A stretch of DNA of 47,909 bases from Planctomycetota bacterium (GTDB taxonomy: Bacteria; Planctomycetota; B15-G4; JADJEK01). The notes under the pieces are model-generated. The model was given only the letters and a program-made list of their open reading frames with translations. It was not told the DNA's origin and searched no databases. Positions 6,907 to 16,412 of the stretch are shown here, in pieces. How positions within the stretch are numbered: the first letter of the stretch is position 1; the number at the start of each line of letters is the position of its first letter. The stretch is from assembly GCA_044225365.1 (NCBI GenBank), contig JBGAIQ010000044.1, forward strand, positions 1 through 47,909, given 5' to 3'. A program made the translations under genes and the position numbers.

Positions 6907-9744
6907 TCACTGCGTGATCGCTCGCGACGGCCGGTATCCCGTGTGGCTCGCCTGCGAAGTCGGATTCACGTGGTCGCGTGCGGCGGACTTCGCGTAGATC
7001 GCGCTGTAGGAGAACGACCCCCCGCGAATGACGCGCTCGCTGTCGTCCGTCTTTACGCGTTCTCCGTCGCCAGGCTGCGGGGGCTGCGCGTAATCGCACT
7101 CACTGTCGCGGCACCATTCGAAGACGTTGCCGATCGTGTCGTGGAGTCCGAATGCGTTGGGCTTGAACGAGCCAACGGCGGCGTGGATGACGTTGCCGTC
7201 GTCGACCTCGGGATCGAATCGCCACTCGGGCTGTTCGCGCGCGGCGGTGGCGTCGGCGATGTTCGCGTAGCCGTTCAGCGAACCAACGTCGTCGCCGGTG
7301 GAGTACCGCGTCGACGTGCCGGCGCGCGCCGCGTATTCCCACTGAGCTTCGGTGGGGAGGAGGAACCCGAGGCGGCGCGCGACGGACGTGCAGTCGAGCC
7401 AGCTCACGGCTTCCACCGGATTGCGCAGTGTCACGCGCCGACCGCCGCGTGAGGTTCCTGCGGGGTAGTACGCCGGATTGGTTCCCGTCACCCGCAGCCA
7501 TTGGCCCTGCGTCATCTCGTACTTCGAGATGAAGAAGGGATCGAGGGCCACGTGGACGGGATTGCCTTCGGAATCGGCACTCGTCGACGAGGCGTCGCTG
7601 TCGTAGTTCGGCGCCCCCGGATCGTGCGACTGCGATCCCATGAGGAACGTGCCGCCCGGGAGTAGCACGAAGACGAGCGCCGAGTCGTCGTCGATCACGA
7701 GACGGCCGCCGGCATCGCGGGGTGGCGGCTTCCCAGTCTCCGAGTCGGCGAACTCGAAGAGCTTCGAATCCGGATCCCGTCCGAGCGGGATCAGCCCGAT
7801 CTGAGGGGCGAGACGGAGCCCGTGGAATCGCGAATCCCCTGCGATCGCGGCGATCGCCTCGTTCCAGCCGTCGAGATGATCGTCGATCGAGCGGCGCTGG
7901 ATCGAGGCCGCCGATTCCCGCCGCATCTCCATGGCTCGAATCGTGACGCCGTGGAGCGCGGCGTCGTCGCTCGTCTCGAGCACCGCGATCCGATCGATCA
8001 ACTCGGCGAGCACGTCGTGCTGCCATTGGCGCTCGACGTCGGTGAAGCGCCACGTTCGGCGGACCGACGTCGCCGCGCGCAGCTCGGCGAGGTACTCGTC
8101 CATCTTGGCGACCGCGGCGTCGCGCCGCGCGGCTTCCTGCGGATCGGTGAGACGAGCAGCGAGGAAGCTCCCGCGCTGCAGTTCGACGCGATGGAGCGTC
8201 GCAGCCGCGGGATGGTTCGTTCGATCGGATTCCGCGTCGGCCGGCGTGTAAGGCAGCGCTCCTTCGCGCAATGACTCGAGCGTCGCGCGGTGCAATGGGA
8301 GTCGGGAGACGAGGTTCTTCGCGTCCGCGATCCATTCGCCGAGGTCGTTCACGATCGCGGGTCGCGCCGGCCAGAGCGCCTTCTCCCGCGCGACCAACTG
8401 ATCGAGCCGCTTCACGTCGGCGAGGCGCAGCACCTTTCCGCGTTCGATGTCGGCGTCGTACGCGCTCGCCAGCGCCTTGTTGCGCTGGGCCCGGATGCCG
8501 TTGTACGACGCGGTCCCGAGCGCGGCGATGACGACGAGGGCCGCGGCGAGCGTGGACGAGAGCGCGCGATTGCGGCGCGTCCATAGCGCGAACTCTGCGA
8601 TTGCACCGGTGCGATAGGCGGAGACTACGCGCTGCTCGAGCCACGCGCGCAGGTCGGAACCGAGCGCTTCCATCGAGGCGTAGCGCTCGTCCTTCTCCCG
8701 GGCCATCGCCTTCTCGCAGATCGCGACGAGCGGCGGAGGCGCCGCGGGTGCGAGGTCGGCGAGCGGAGTGGGAGGGCCCGAGAGTGCTGCGGCGAGCAAC
8801 GTGCGCGGCGAGCCGCGTGCGCCGTTCAGATCGCCGTACGGCATCTCGCCGGCGAGCAGATGGTAGAGCATCGCACCGACCGCGTAGACGTCGGTCTGCC
8901 CCGTGATCTCACCCTGGCGTCCTTCCGCCTGCTCCGGTGGCATGTAGGCGGGTGTGCCGAGGACGTCGCCTTCGAGAGTGAGCGCCGGAGTCGCCGTCGA
9001 TTCGATCTTCGATCCTTCCGTCGCGACCGGCGGGATCGCCGGCGAATCGTCTCCGCTCGATCGTGTCGCGCCATGGCGTTCCGCGATCACTCGGGCGAGG
9101 CCCCAGTCCATGACGAACACTTCGCCGAAGCGTCCGACCATCACGTTGCCCGGCTTCAGATCGCGATGCACCACGCCCTTGCTGTGCGCGAAGGCCATCG
9201 CCTCGCAGACCTTCTGCAGCACGAGCACGGCCCGCGGCAGATTCCAGTCGTCGACGCCGACGCGCACCTTGTCGAAGATCGTGCGCAGGTCCTCGCCCTC
9301 GACGAGCTTCATCGCGAAGAACACGTTGTCGTGCTCGTCGAGTCCGATCTCGTGCACGGGCACGATGCCGGGATGGTCGAGCTGAGCGGTGAGCTGCGCC
9401 TCGGCCACGAAGCGACCGAACGAGGTCGGGTTCGGATCCGAACCGCGCGCCGGGATCGTCGACGCGGCGCTCGCGTCGGCGAGGATTCGCTTCACCGCAA
9501 GACGGCGCCTCGTCACCCGATCGAACGCGCGATGGACGACGCCCATTCCGCCGCGCCCGATCTCCGAGAGGAAGACGTAGCGACTGGAGTTGGCGCCGAA
9601 CGCGCGCAGCTTCTGCGTGAAGGCCGTGCGGTCCGAACTCGCGGACTTGCCGTCCGACGACGGCGTGAACGACACCGTTCCTTCCGGCGGAACGGCGTCG
9701 TCGGCGTTCGGATCGAGCGTGGAGTCGTTTCGCGATGGCGTCAT
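6907..9744 (-). CDS. Ser/Thr protein kinase fused to a C-terminal FGE-sulfatase (SUMF1-like) domain
   Basis: IGRGGMGVV, AVK, HRDLKPGN, DWGLA, GTPAYMPPEQ; TM segment; FGE motifs GGTFLMGS, LPTEAQWEYAARAG, PNAFGLHDTIGNVFEW, RVIRGGSF. Confidence 0.92.
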   Translation of the reverse strand: MTPSRNDSTLDPNADDAVPPEGTVSFTPSSDGKSASSDRTAFTQKLRAFGANSSRYVFLSEIGRGGMGVVHRAFDRVTRRRLAVKRILADASAASTIPARGSDPNPTSFGRFVAEAQLTAQLDHPGIVPVHEIGLDEHDNVFFAMKLVEGEDLRTIFDKVRVGVDDWNLPRAVLVLQKVCEAMAFAHSKGVVHRDLKPGNVMVGRFGEVFVMDWGLARVIAERHGATRSSGDDSPAIPPVATEGSKIESTATPALTLEGDVLGTPAYMPPEQAEGRQGEITGQTDVYAVGAMLYHLLAGEMPYGDLNGARGSPRTLLAAALSGPPTPLADLAPAAPPPLVAICEKAMAREKDERYASMEALGSDLRAWLEQRVVSAYRTGAIAEFALWTRRNRALSSTLAAALVVIAALGTASYNGIRAQRNKALASAYDADIERGKVLRLADVKRLDQLVAREKALWPARPAIVNDLGEWIADAKNLVSRLPLHRATLESLREGALPYTPADAESDRTNHPAAATLHRVELQRGSFLAARLTDPQEAARRDAAVAKMDEYLAELRAATSVRRTWRFTDVERQWQHDVLAELIDRIAVLETSDDAALHGVTIRAMEMRRESAASIQRRSIDDHLDGWNEAIAAIAGDSRFHGLRLAPQIGLIPLGRDPDSKLFEFADSETGKPPPRDAGGRLVIDDDSALVFVLLPGGTFLMGSQSHDPGAPNYDSDASSTSADSEGNPVHVALDPFFISKYEMTQGQWLRVTGTNPAYYPAGTSRGGRRVTLRNPVEAVSWLDCTSVARRLGFLLPTEAQWEYAARAGTSTRYSTGDDVGSLNGYANIADATAAREQPEWRFDPEVDDGNVIHAAVGSFKPNAFGLHDTIGNVFEWCRDSECDYAQPPQPGDGERVKTDDSERVIRGGSFSYSAIYAKSAARDHVNPTSQASHTGYRPSRAITQ

Positions 9745-9828
9745 GGGCGAGGAGTGCGAGCCCCTCGGTTATACCGAAAGAGGCTCGCCCTCGGGCGTTC
9801 GCGAATCGACGCGCCGACCGGCTCGGGA

Positions 9829-11886
9829 TCAGGGGCTGGTGCCGACGACCGCGTTGCTGAACGCAACGCCGAGTGCACCAGCGGGATCGACGATGACGAA
9901 TTGGGCGAATACCGTCGAGCCCGAAGGTGCCCCTGGCCAGGTGAAGATCAACGACACATTGCCGAGCGAGTCCGTCGGAACCGGAACGACGACGGTCGGA
10001 TTGGGAACGAGGATCCCGGACAACAGGGGCAGATTGACTGGCGACGCCCCGAGGACGATGAAGGCGGCAGCGTTCGACGCGGCATGCGAGAGTCCGAATC
10101 CGACCGCGGTGTTCACGGCGAACGTCCCACCGCCGACGAGGAGCGGCACGCCGTTGCCACCGAGTGTCCCGTTTCCGAGGTCCTGCCACGGTGAACTCAC
10201 CCCGGTCACGGGGAGCGAGATCTCGGACGTGTTGCCGGCGGCGTCGGTCGCGGTGGCGGTGATCGCGGCCCCAAGGACATTGCCGTTCATCACGAACACG
10301 AACGACCCGTTCGGCGAAGGAGTCACGTGGCCGATGTACGTGCGGGCCTCGACGGTGGCGCCCGGCGGAAACGGCGGAGGATTCGTGAACAGCTCGATCG
10401 TCGCGAGTTCCGCATTCGGTGAGTCGAGGCTGCCGAGCACGACCGTCTTTGGACCGCTCGGCGAGGGGCCAGAGATCGCAGAATGGAGCACGGGCCAATT
10501 CATCGAGAGGTTCGGCCCGGTGTCTCCGTCGCCGGCATCGTTCGGAGTCGGTCCGTCTGCGCCGAGATCGATTCCCAGACCACCTTGGGAGTGATTCGAG
10601 TGGATCGAATTCTGCGAGATCCTCGTCCCGGTCGCCATGCGTCGGACCACGATTCCGTCCGCCAGGTTGTTTGCGATGACGTTTCCGCTCCCACCAAAAC
10701 CATCCGCCGCGATCCGATTGTCGTTCGAAGGTGGAAGCAAGGGATCCAGTGAGCCGACGGTGATTCCGATCTCGTTCGGGATCGCGAACAGCCCGTCGCG
10801 ATCGGTGCCGACGAAGTTGCCGCCGATGGCATTCTCGTCCGCACCTTCGCGGATCTCGATCCCGCTGCGTGGATCGTTTGGAGCTGCGAGTCCCTTGAAG
10901 CCGCCGATGGCGTTCGACGCGATCCGGTTCTGATCGCCGAAGACCTGGATGCCGGCTCTCGCGGGAGTCGGGGCGGCCGCCGTTCCCGTGAAGTCGAGGC
11001 CGATGAAGTTTCCCTCGACGAAGTTGAAATCGCTCTCGATCCGGATGCACGCGCCGTCCGTCGATTGGTATCCGACACCGAACACGTAGTTCGCATACCC
11101 AGGTCCGGCGAGACCGATCACGTTGCTCGAGGCGTTTCCTGTCACACGCACGCCATTGCGCCCGCCCGTGATCACGTTGCCGTAGACGTGGTTGTCGCTC
11201 GTCAGTCCGAGCGCGGTTCCGGTCGGTCCCTGGATCAAGATGCCGTCTCCGAGCGCGTCCAACGTATTCGAATCGGCTGGATCGGGTGTGCCAACGTTGT
11301 TGTGGTCGCCCTGGATCCGAATCGCCGCCTGCACGCCCCGGATCACGCATCGCGTGATCGTGACGTGATCCGCGTCCGGCAGGAGGTCGATGCCGTAGTT
11401 GCGGCCATCCATGTCGCCGAGGCCGATGATCCGGTCGTAAGCCGACGACACCGCGAAGGTGCCACTGTCGACGAGCGCGGGATTCGAGACCGTGCTGTGG
11501 AACAACACCTCGGCGCCGTTCGGATTGGTGTCGCCCGTGAATGCCGTCTGCGTGGTGCCGTCGATGGTCGTCCCATCGTCCGTGATGCGGAAGGGGACTC
11601 CCGCATTCACGATGACGGGCCCGACGACTCCCGCGCCCCATTGGCCGACCGCCAATCGGAAGCCGATCGTTTGCGGTCCGGGAGTGTTGTTCGCGGCGAT
11701 GCAGGCCTCGCGCATCGAGATCTTCCCGTCGGGGCCGGGAAGATCGGAGACTCGTTGCAGTCCACCGAAGTCGACGACGTCGTTGACCGTCGAGACCGAG
11801 ATCACTTGCGATTGGGCCAGCGCAGGGAACGCGAGACAACAAACGAGACGAAGCGATGTGATCCTCGGGATGACGCGGTCGAGCAT
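9829..11886 (-). CDS. Secreted parallel beta-helix protein (CSLREA-like N-terminus) with shared C-terminal domain
   Basis: RBS GGAAGG before ATG 11886, signal peptide, ISMREACIAANN, GNFIG/GNVIA repeats, LGIDLGADGPTPND, ATATDAAGNTSE. Confidence 0.82.
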   Translation of the reverse strand: MLDRVIPRITSLRLVCCLAFPALAQSQVISVSTVNDVVDFGGLQRVSDLPGPDGKISMREACIAANNTPGPQTIGFRLAVGQWGAGVVGPVIVNAGVPFRITDDGTTIDGTTQTAFTGDTNPNGAEVLFHSTVSNPALVDSGTFAVSSAYDRIIGLGDMDGRNYGIDLLPDADHVTITRCVIRGVQAAIRIQGDHNNVGTPDPADSNTLDALGDGILIQGPTGTALGLTSDNHVYGNVITGGRNGVRVTGNASSNVIGLAGPGYANYVFGVGYQSTDGACIRIESDFNFVEGNFIGLDFTGTAAAPTPARAGIQVFGDQNRIASNAIGGFKGLAAPNDPRSGIEIREGADENAIGGNFVGTDRDGLFAIPNEIGITVGSLDPLLPPSNDNRIAADGFGGSGNVIANNLADGIVVRRMATGTRISQNSIHSNHSQGGLGIDLGADGPTPNDAGDGDTGPNLSMNWPVLHSAISGPSPSGPKTVVLGSLDSPNAELATIELFTNPPPFPPGATVEARTYIGHVTPSPNGSFVFVMNGNVLGAAITATATDAAGNTSEISLPVTGVSSPWQDLGNGTLGGNGVPLLVGGGTFAVNTAVGFGLSHAASNAAAFIVLGASPVNLPLLSGILVPNPTVVVPVPTDSLGNVSLIFTWPGAPSGSTVFAQFVIVDPAGALGVAFSNAVVGTSP

Positions 11887-11974
11887 GGCGATTCCTTCCG
11901 GCACGAGTGCAATGCAATCCAGCAGCGTGCCGCTCTTCACACGCCGGGGAGTGTACACCGAATGGAAATCGCTG

Positions 11975-14008
11975 TCAGGGGCTCGTGCCGACGACCGCGT
12001 TACTAAAGGTGACGCCGAACAGCGTTCCGGGGTCGACGATCACGTATTGGGCGTAGAGCTTGGTGCCCGTGGGCGCGCCCGGCCAGTTGCCGTGAACGAC
12101 GATACGGCCTTGCGAATCGGTCGGCAGTGCCACGACGAACGTCGGGCTCGGCACGAGGACGGTGCCGAGGACGGGAATGTTCGCGGCCGTGCTCCCGAGG
12201 ACGAGGAGCGCCGTCGAGAGCGGCTTCGCGGATTCGAGGCCGAGCCCGACCTCGGTATTGGGATCGAGCGTGCCCGCGCCGACGAGACGGGGTGTGCCGG
12301 CGCTGCCCACCGTCGCGTGACCGAGGTCGAGCCACGGCGACGCGGTGGCGATCGCGGCGCCGCCGATCTCGGACGTGCTGCCCTGCGCGTCCGTCGCGGT
12401 TGCCGTGATCGCGAGACCGGAATAATCCGCGGGCAGCACGAGCACGAACGATCCGTCGGGCAGCGGCGAGAAGCGGCCGAGCGAAGTCTTCGCTTCGACG
12501 ACCTCATTGCCGATTGGCGCGGGATTCACGAAGAGTTCGACGCTGCAGGTCGAGGGACTCGGCGTGTCGAGCGAGCCGAGGACGACCGTCGACGCCGGCG
12601 TCGCGACTGCGGAATGCAGGACGGGCGAGTTCAATAGGTCGTTCGGGCCGGCGTCGCCGTCGCCCGTGTCGTTCGCGGTGGGGCCGTCCGCGCCGAGGTC
12701 GATTCCGATCGCGCCCGTCGCGTGATTCGAATGGATCGAGTTGCCCATGATCTCGTTCTCGGTCGCGTTGAGGCGTACGACGATCCCGCCGGCCTCGTTG
12801 CTCGCGATGAGATTGGCGTCGGCGGGCGCGGCGCCCCCGATGATGTTGTGAGCCGGCGCGGGCAGCGACGCGTCGAACGGTCCGATGTCGATGCCGACGT
12901 GATTCGGAATCGCGATCGTTCCCGTCGCGTCGACGCCGATCCAATTGCCGGCGATGACGTTGTTCTCCGCGCCCTCGCGCAGCGCGATGCCGGCTTGAAC
13001 CGAGAGGAATCCGGTGAGCCCCGTGATGCCGCCGATCACGTTCTTGCGGACGACGTTGCCGTCGCCGTAGATCTCGATGCCGACGTCGCCGACGTCGTTC
13101 GCGGGGAGCGTACCCGTCGGATCCGTGCCGATGAGATTGCCGTAGACGAAGTTCCCGTTGCTCTCGATGCGCACCATCGCGCCGTCGGGAGTGCCGTCCT
13201 CCTGGAGGTAGCCGGCGCCCGAGATCAGGTTGCCCTCGCCGGGCTGGAATCCGCCGATCTGGTTCTGGGTCGCATTGCCGACGATCTGCACGCCATTGCC
13301 CTCGCCGGTGAGGACGTTGCCGAAGACGAGATTCGAGTCCGCGGAATTCGGCGTGAGGCCCTGGATGCGAAGACCATCGGCGAGGGACGTGAGTCGATTC
13401 CCATCGCCCGGCGACGTTCCGCCGATCGTGTTGTGATCGCCTTGCACGCGGATCGCGGCGAACACGCCCTTGATGACGCAGCGGGTGATGACGCAGTCCT
13501 GCGCCTGCGGCTGCAGATCGATGCCGTAGTTGCGGCCGTCCATATCACCGAGCCCGATCAAGATGCAGCCGTCACCCTTCACGGCGAACGTCCCGCTCTG
13601 GATGAGCGGCGGATCGATGACGGTGCTGTGGAACGAGACCTCGGCGCCGTTCGGATTCGTGTCGCCCGTGAAGGCAGTCTGTGTCGTGCCGTCGATGGTG
13701 GTGGCGTTGTCGTTCACCGGGAACGACTGGCCAGCGTTGATGATCACGGGTCCCGTCACTCCGGTTCCCCATTGCCCCGCCGGGATGTGGAAGCCGATCG
13801 TCTGCGGACCGGGTGTGTTGTTCGCCGCGATGCAGGCCTCGCGCATCGACACCTTGCCGTCGGGGCCCGGCAGGTCCGCGACGGTCTTGCTGCCCGTGAA
13901 GTCGCTCACGTCGGCGACGGTGGTGACGAAGAGGGTCTGTCCGAAACACGGCGCGGTCGCCGCGACGAACGCGAACGACGCGAGAGATCGTCTCGTGAGT
14001 GAATTCAC
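11975..14008 (-). CDS. Secreted parallel beta-helix protein, tandem paralog of 9829-11886
   Basis: GTG at 14008 after GGAGG. Near-identical blocks with the neighbour (DLPGPDGKxSMREACIAANNTPGPQTIGF, TTIDGTTQTAFTGDTNPNGAEV, FSNAVVGTSP). Confidence 0.82.
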   Translation of the reverse strand: MNSLTRRSLASFAFVAATAPCFGQTLFVTTVADVSDFTGSKTVADLPGPDGKVSMREACIAANNTPGPQTIGFHIPAGQWGTGVTGPVIINAGQSFPVNDNATTIDGTTQTAFTGDTNPNGAEVSFHSTVIDPPLIQSGTFAVKGDGCILIGLGDMDGRNYGIDLQPQAQDCVITRCVIKGVFAAIRVQGDHNTIGGTSPGDGNRLTSLADGLRIQGLTPNSADSNLVFGNVLTGEGNGVQIVGNATQNQIGGFQPGEGNLISGAGYLQEDGTPDGAMVRIESNGNFVYGNLIGTDPTGTLPANDVGDVGIEIYGDGNVVRKNVIGGITGLTGFLSVQAGIALREGAENNVIAGNWIGVDATGTIAIPNHVGIDIGPFDASLPAPAHNIIGGAAPADANLIASNEAGGIVVRLNATENEIMGNSIHSNHATGAIGIDLGADGPTANDTGDGDAGPNDLLNSPVLHSAVATPASTVVLGSLDTPSPSTCSVELFVNPAPIGNEVVEAKTSLGRFSPLPDGSFVLVLPADYSGLAITATATDAQGSTSEIGGAAIATASPWLDLGHATVGSAGTPRLVGAGTLDPNTEVGLGLESAKPLSTALLVLGSTAANIPVLGTVLVPSPTFVVALPTDSQGRIVVHGNWPGAPTGTKLYAQYVIVDPGTLFGVTFSNAVVGTSP

Positions 14009-14158
14009 TTCCCTGCCTCCATGCAATCCCGGGGTTCTCGTGCGATTGGGTGCGATGCGGCGCAGTGTGGGCGCGCAAGCGGTGCAGCAGGTCCATCGTA
14101 CTCCCGCCGAACCTTTGTGGAGTGAGGGATCGAGTAGAATCCGCCGTGAGGTACTCGC

Positions 14159-15748
14159 ATGCGGCGAAGCGGATCCTTCCGATCGTTCTCGCTCTTTCTC
14201 GTCCTGCTCGGCACGCAGTGGGCTCGTGGCTCGGAGATCCACGTCCCGAACGATCAACCCACGATCGGAGCCGCGATCGTGGCCGCGAATGTGGGCGACA
14301 GCGTGATCGTCGCCACGGGGACGTATGCCGAATCGATCGATTTCCTCGGCAAGGCGATCACCGTGACGAGCGAATCCGGGCCCGCCATCACGCGGCTCGT
14401 CACTACCGGTTTCGACGACGGCGTCCGTTTCGTGCACGGCGAGACGGCGACTTCGCGGCTCGTGGGTTTTCGCCTCACGAATCCAGCGATGGGAGCGGCG
14501 ACGAAGATCGTGCGGATCGCGAATGCGTCGCCAACGATCGAAGGCTGCGAGATCGCGAACTGCGTCTACACGGTGCCGACTTGCCCGTACATCGATGCCG
14601 GCGTCTTGGTGCGGGTCGATGGCGGTTCGCCGCGTTTCGTCGCATGCGAGTTCCGCGACAACGAGTTCCACCTGCCATGTTCGGAAACCGTCCTGCGCGG
14701 CAGCGTCCTCGCGGCGAATTCCGCCACGGTCACTCTCGAGGAGTGTCTCGTCCAGCGCAATCGGATCTTCGCCACGAGTTCGTCTGCGGTGCTCGACGGC
14801 GCCCTCGTCGCGGGGGGCTCGCTCACCGTCGTCGACTGCACCATCGAGGACAACGATCGTGGGGGGGTCGACATGCAGCTCGGTTCATTGTCCGTCGTGC
14901 GATCGACCCTACGACGCAACGGCTCGCGCCCCGCGATCCGCGCGTTCTCCGCGAGCACGGCGACGATCGAGCGCTGCGAGATCACGGAGAATCCGCACGA
15001 AGGCTTCGTCCTTGGGCGTTCGCTCGCGGCCCACGTCGACCACTGCACCTTCGCGGCGAACGGATCCTCCGCGAGCCCCTTCGACCTCTCCGCCGAGTCG
15101 AATCCGCTCGCGCCGTGGACCGGTTCGCTCGTCGTGTCGGACTCCATCGTCTTCGGCGGTGGGATCGAAGCGGAACTCGGCGCGTTCGGGACGACCGTCG
15201 GGTTCAGCGACGTCGTGAACGGCTTCGCGGGTATCGGGAACATCTCCCTCGATCCGATGTTCCTCGATCCGGCGTCGCACGATTTCCGCCTCGCGCCCGG
15301 TTCGCCCTGCATCGATGCCGCGGACCCGAACGGCGAGATCGATCCGGATGGCACGCGCGGCGACATGGGGGCGTACGCCTACGATGCCTGGACCATCGTC
15401 GAGGCGGGCGACGCCGGCAGCCTGGTCGGTGAGGGATCGCTGCATCCGAATTCGGCATTCGAAATCGGCGTGGTCGGCGCGCCGGCCCGAACCGGCGGAC
15501 TCCTGCTCGTCGCAGCCTCGATGGCGAACTCTCCGGTCGGTGGCGCGACCCTGGTGCCGGGGCTGCCCGCCGTGTTCGTGGCGTTCGAGACCGATGCGCT
15601 CGGCGGCGCGACGTTCCAAGGTCGTTGGCCGAAGGATTCCACGGCCAGGGATCGGATCGTCACGCAGGCCGCGTTCCCGTCCCAGTGGATGGGAGGGTCG
15701 TGCGCCGTGTGCGCGCTCTCGGATGGTCTCGTCGGCATTGCGCCGTGA
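14159..15748 (+). CDS. Secreted pectin-lyase-fold beta-helix protein with shared C-terminal domain
   Basis: Signal peptide, IHVPNDQPTIGAAI..GTYAESIDFLGKAITV, DPMF..DFRLAPGSPCIDAADP..DPDGTRGDMGAY. Divergent from 14008. Confidence 0.82.
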   Translation: MRRSGSFRSFSLFLVLLGTQWARGSEIHVPNDQPTIGAAIVAANVGDSVIVATGTYAESIDFLGKAITVTSESGPAITRLVTTGFDDGVRFVHGETATSRLVGFRLTNPAMGAATKIVRIANASPTIEGCEIANCVYTVPTCPYIDAGVLVRVDGGSPRFVACEFRDNEFHLPCSETVLRGSVLAANSATVTLEECLVQRNRIFATSSSAVLDGALVAGGSLTVVDCTIEDNDRGGVDMQLGSLSVVRSTLRRNGSRPAIRAFSASTATIERCEITENPHEGFVLGRSLAAHVDHCTFAANGSSASPFDLSAESNPLAPWTGSLVVSDSIVFGGGIEAELGAFGTTVGFSDVVNGFAGIGNISLDPMFLDPASHDFRLAPGSPCIDAADPNGEIDPDGTRGDMGAYAYDAWTIVEAGDAGSLVGEGSLHPNSAFEIGVVGAPARTGGLLLVAASMANSPVGGATLVPGLPAVFVAFETDALGGATFQGRWPKDSTARDRIVTQAAFPSQWMGGSCAVCALSDGLVGIAP

Positions 15749-15848
15749 ATCGTTGCCAATCGCGCGTCGTGCTCCTTACGCTGCAAGATCCATCTCAACC
15801 GCTGTATCGATCGCCGGGCGCGAGCCACGCGCGATCAAGAGTTTCGCC

Positions 15849-16412
15849 ATGAAGACGATCCACAACACGAAGTCTGGGTTTCTTCGCAGCGCCCTGATCG
15901 GGTTCGTTGCTCTCTTCGCATTCGCTTGTGGCGACGCGAAGAACACGCCGGAGCAGGCATTCGACGTCGCGCGGTCCGCGCTCAAGGACCACAAGTGGGA
16001 CCTGCTCTACGACATCTTTCCGCTGGAAGAACAGAAGGTCTGGGACGAGCGCATCGAAGGCATCCTGCTCGACAACAAGGCGGAGCGCCAGCAAGCGGAG
16101 CAACTGCGCAAAGCCGGCCTCAACATCGGCAAGCCCGCGGATCTCTTGAAGAAGATGGGGCTCGACGAAGCGCAGTGGAAGGCGCTGTCGCAACGCGACA
16201 AGTTCGCGAAGATGTTCGCGCTCGACGCCAAGGTCAACCTCTCCGAGGTGGGGATCGACCCCGACATCCTCGCCACGGCGCAAGTCAAATCGAAGCAGAT
16301 CAGCGGCGACCGCGCCGAGTTGATCCTGGACGACGGCAAGGGACATCGGCCGAAGTTGACCTTCAAACTCCAGGGGCAGTTCTGGCGATTCTCGCTCGGT
16401 GACGAGAAGTGA
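15849..16412 (+). CDS. Hypothetical lipoprotein
   Basis: MKTIHN..ALIGFVALFAFAC lipobox; Lys/Glu-rich composition typical of real genes; stop overlaps the next start (GTGA). Confidence 0.75.
   Translation: MKTIHNTKSGFLRSALIGFVALFAFACGDAKNTPEQAFDVARSALKDHKWDLLYDIFPLEEQKVWDERIEGILLDNKAERQQAEQLRKAGLNIGKPADLLKKMGLDEAQWKALSQRDKFAKMFALDAKVNLSEVGIDPDILATAQVKSKQISGDRAELILDDGKGHRPKLTFKLQGQFWRFSLGDEK

Noticed and set aside
6907-7035. Complete diversity-generating retroelement at the FGE domain
   Set aside because: No reverse transcriptase and no template-repeat copy were seen in the window.
14009-14671. N-terminal extension of ORF 11975-14671 (similar extensions at 15315, 26336, 31889, 38702, 41284, 44579, 44989)
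   Set aside because: They overlap neighbouring genes or promoters. Downstream starts with an RBS, signal peptide or domain boundary fit better.
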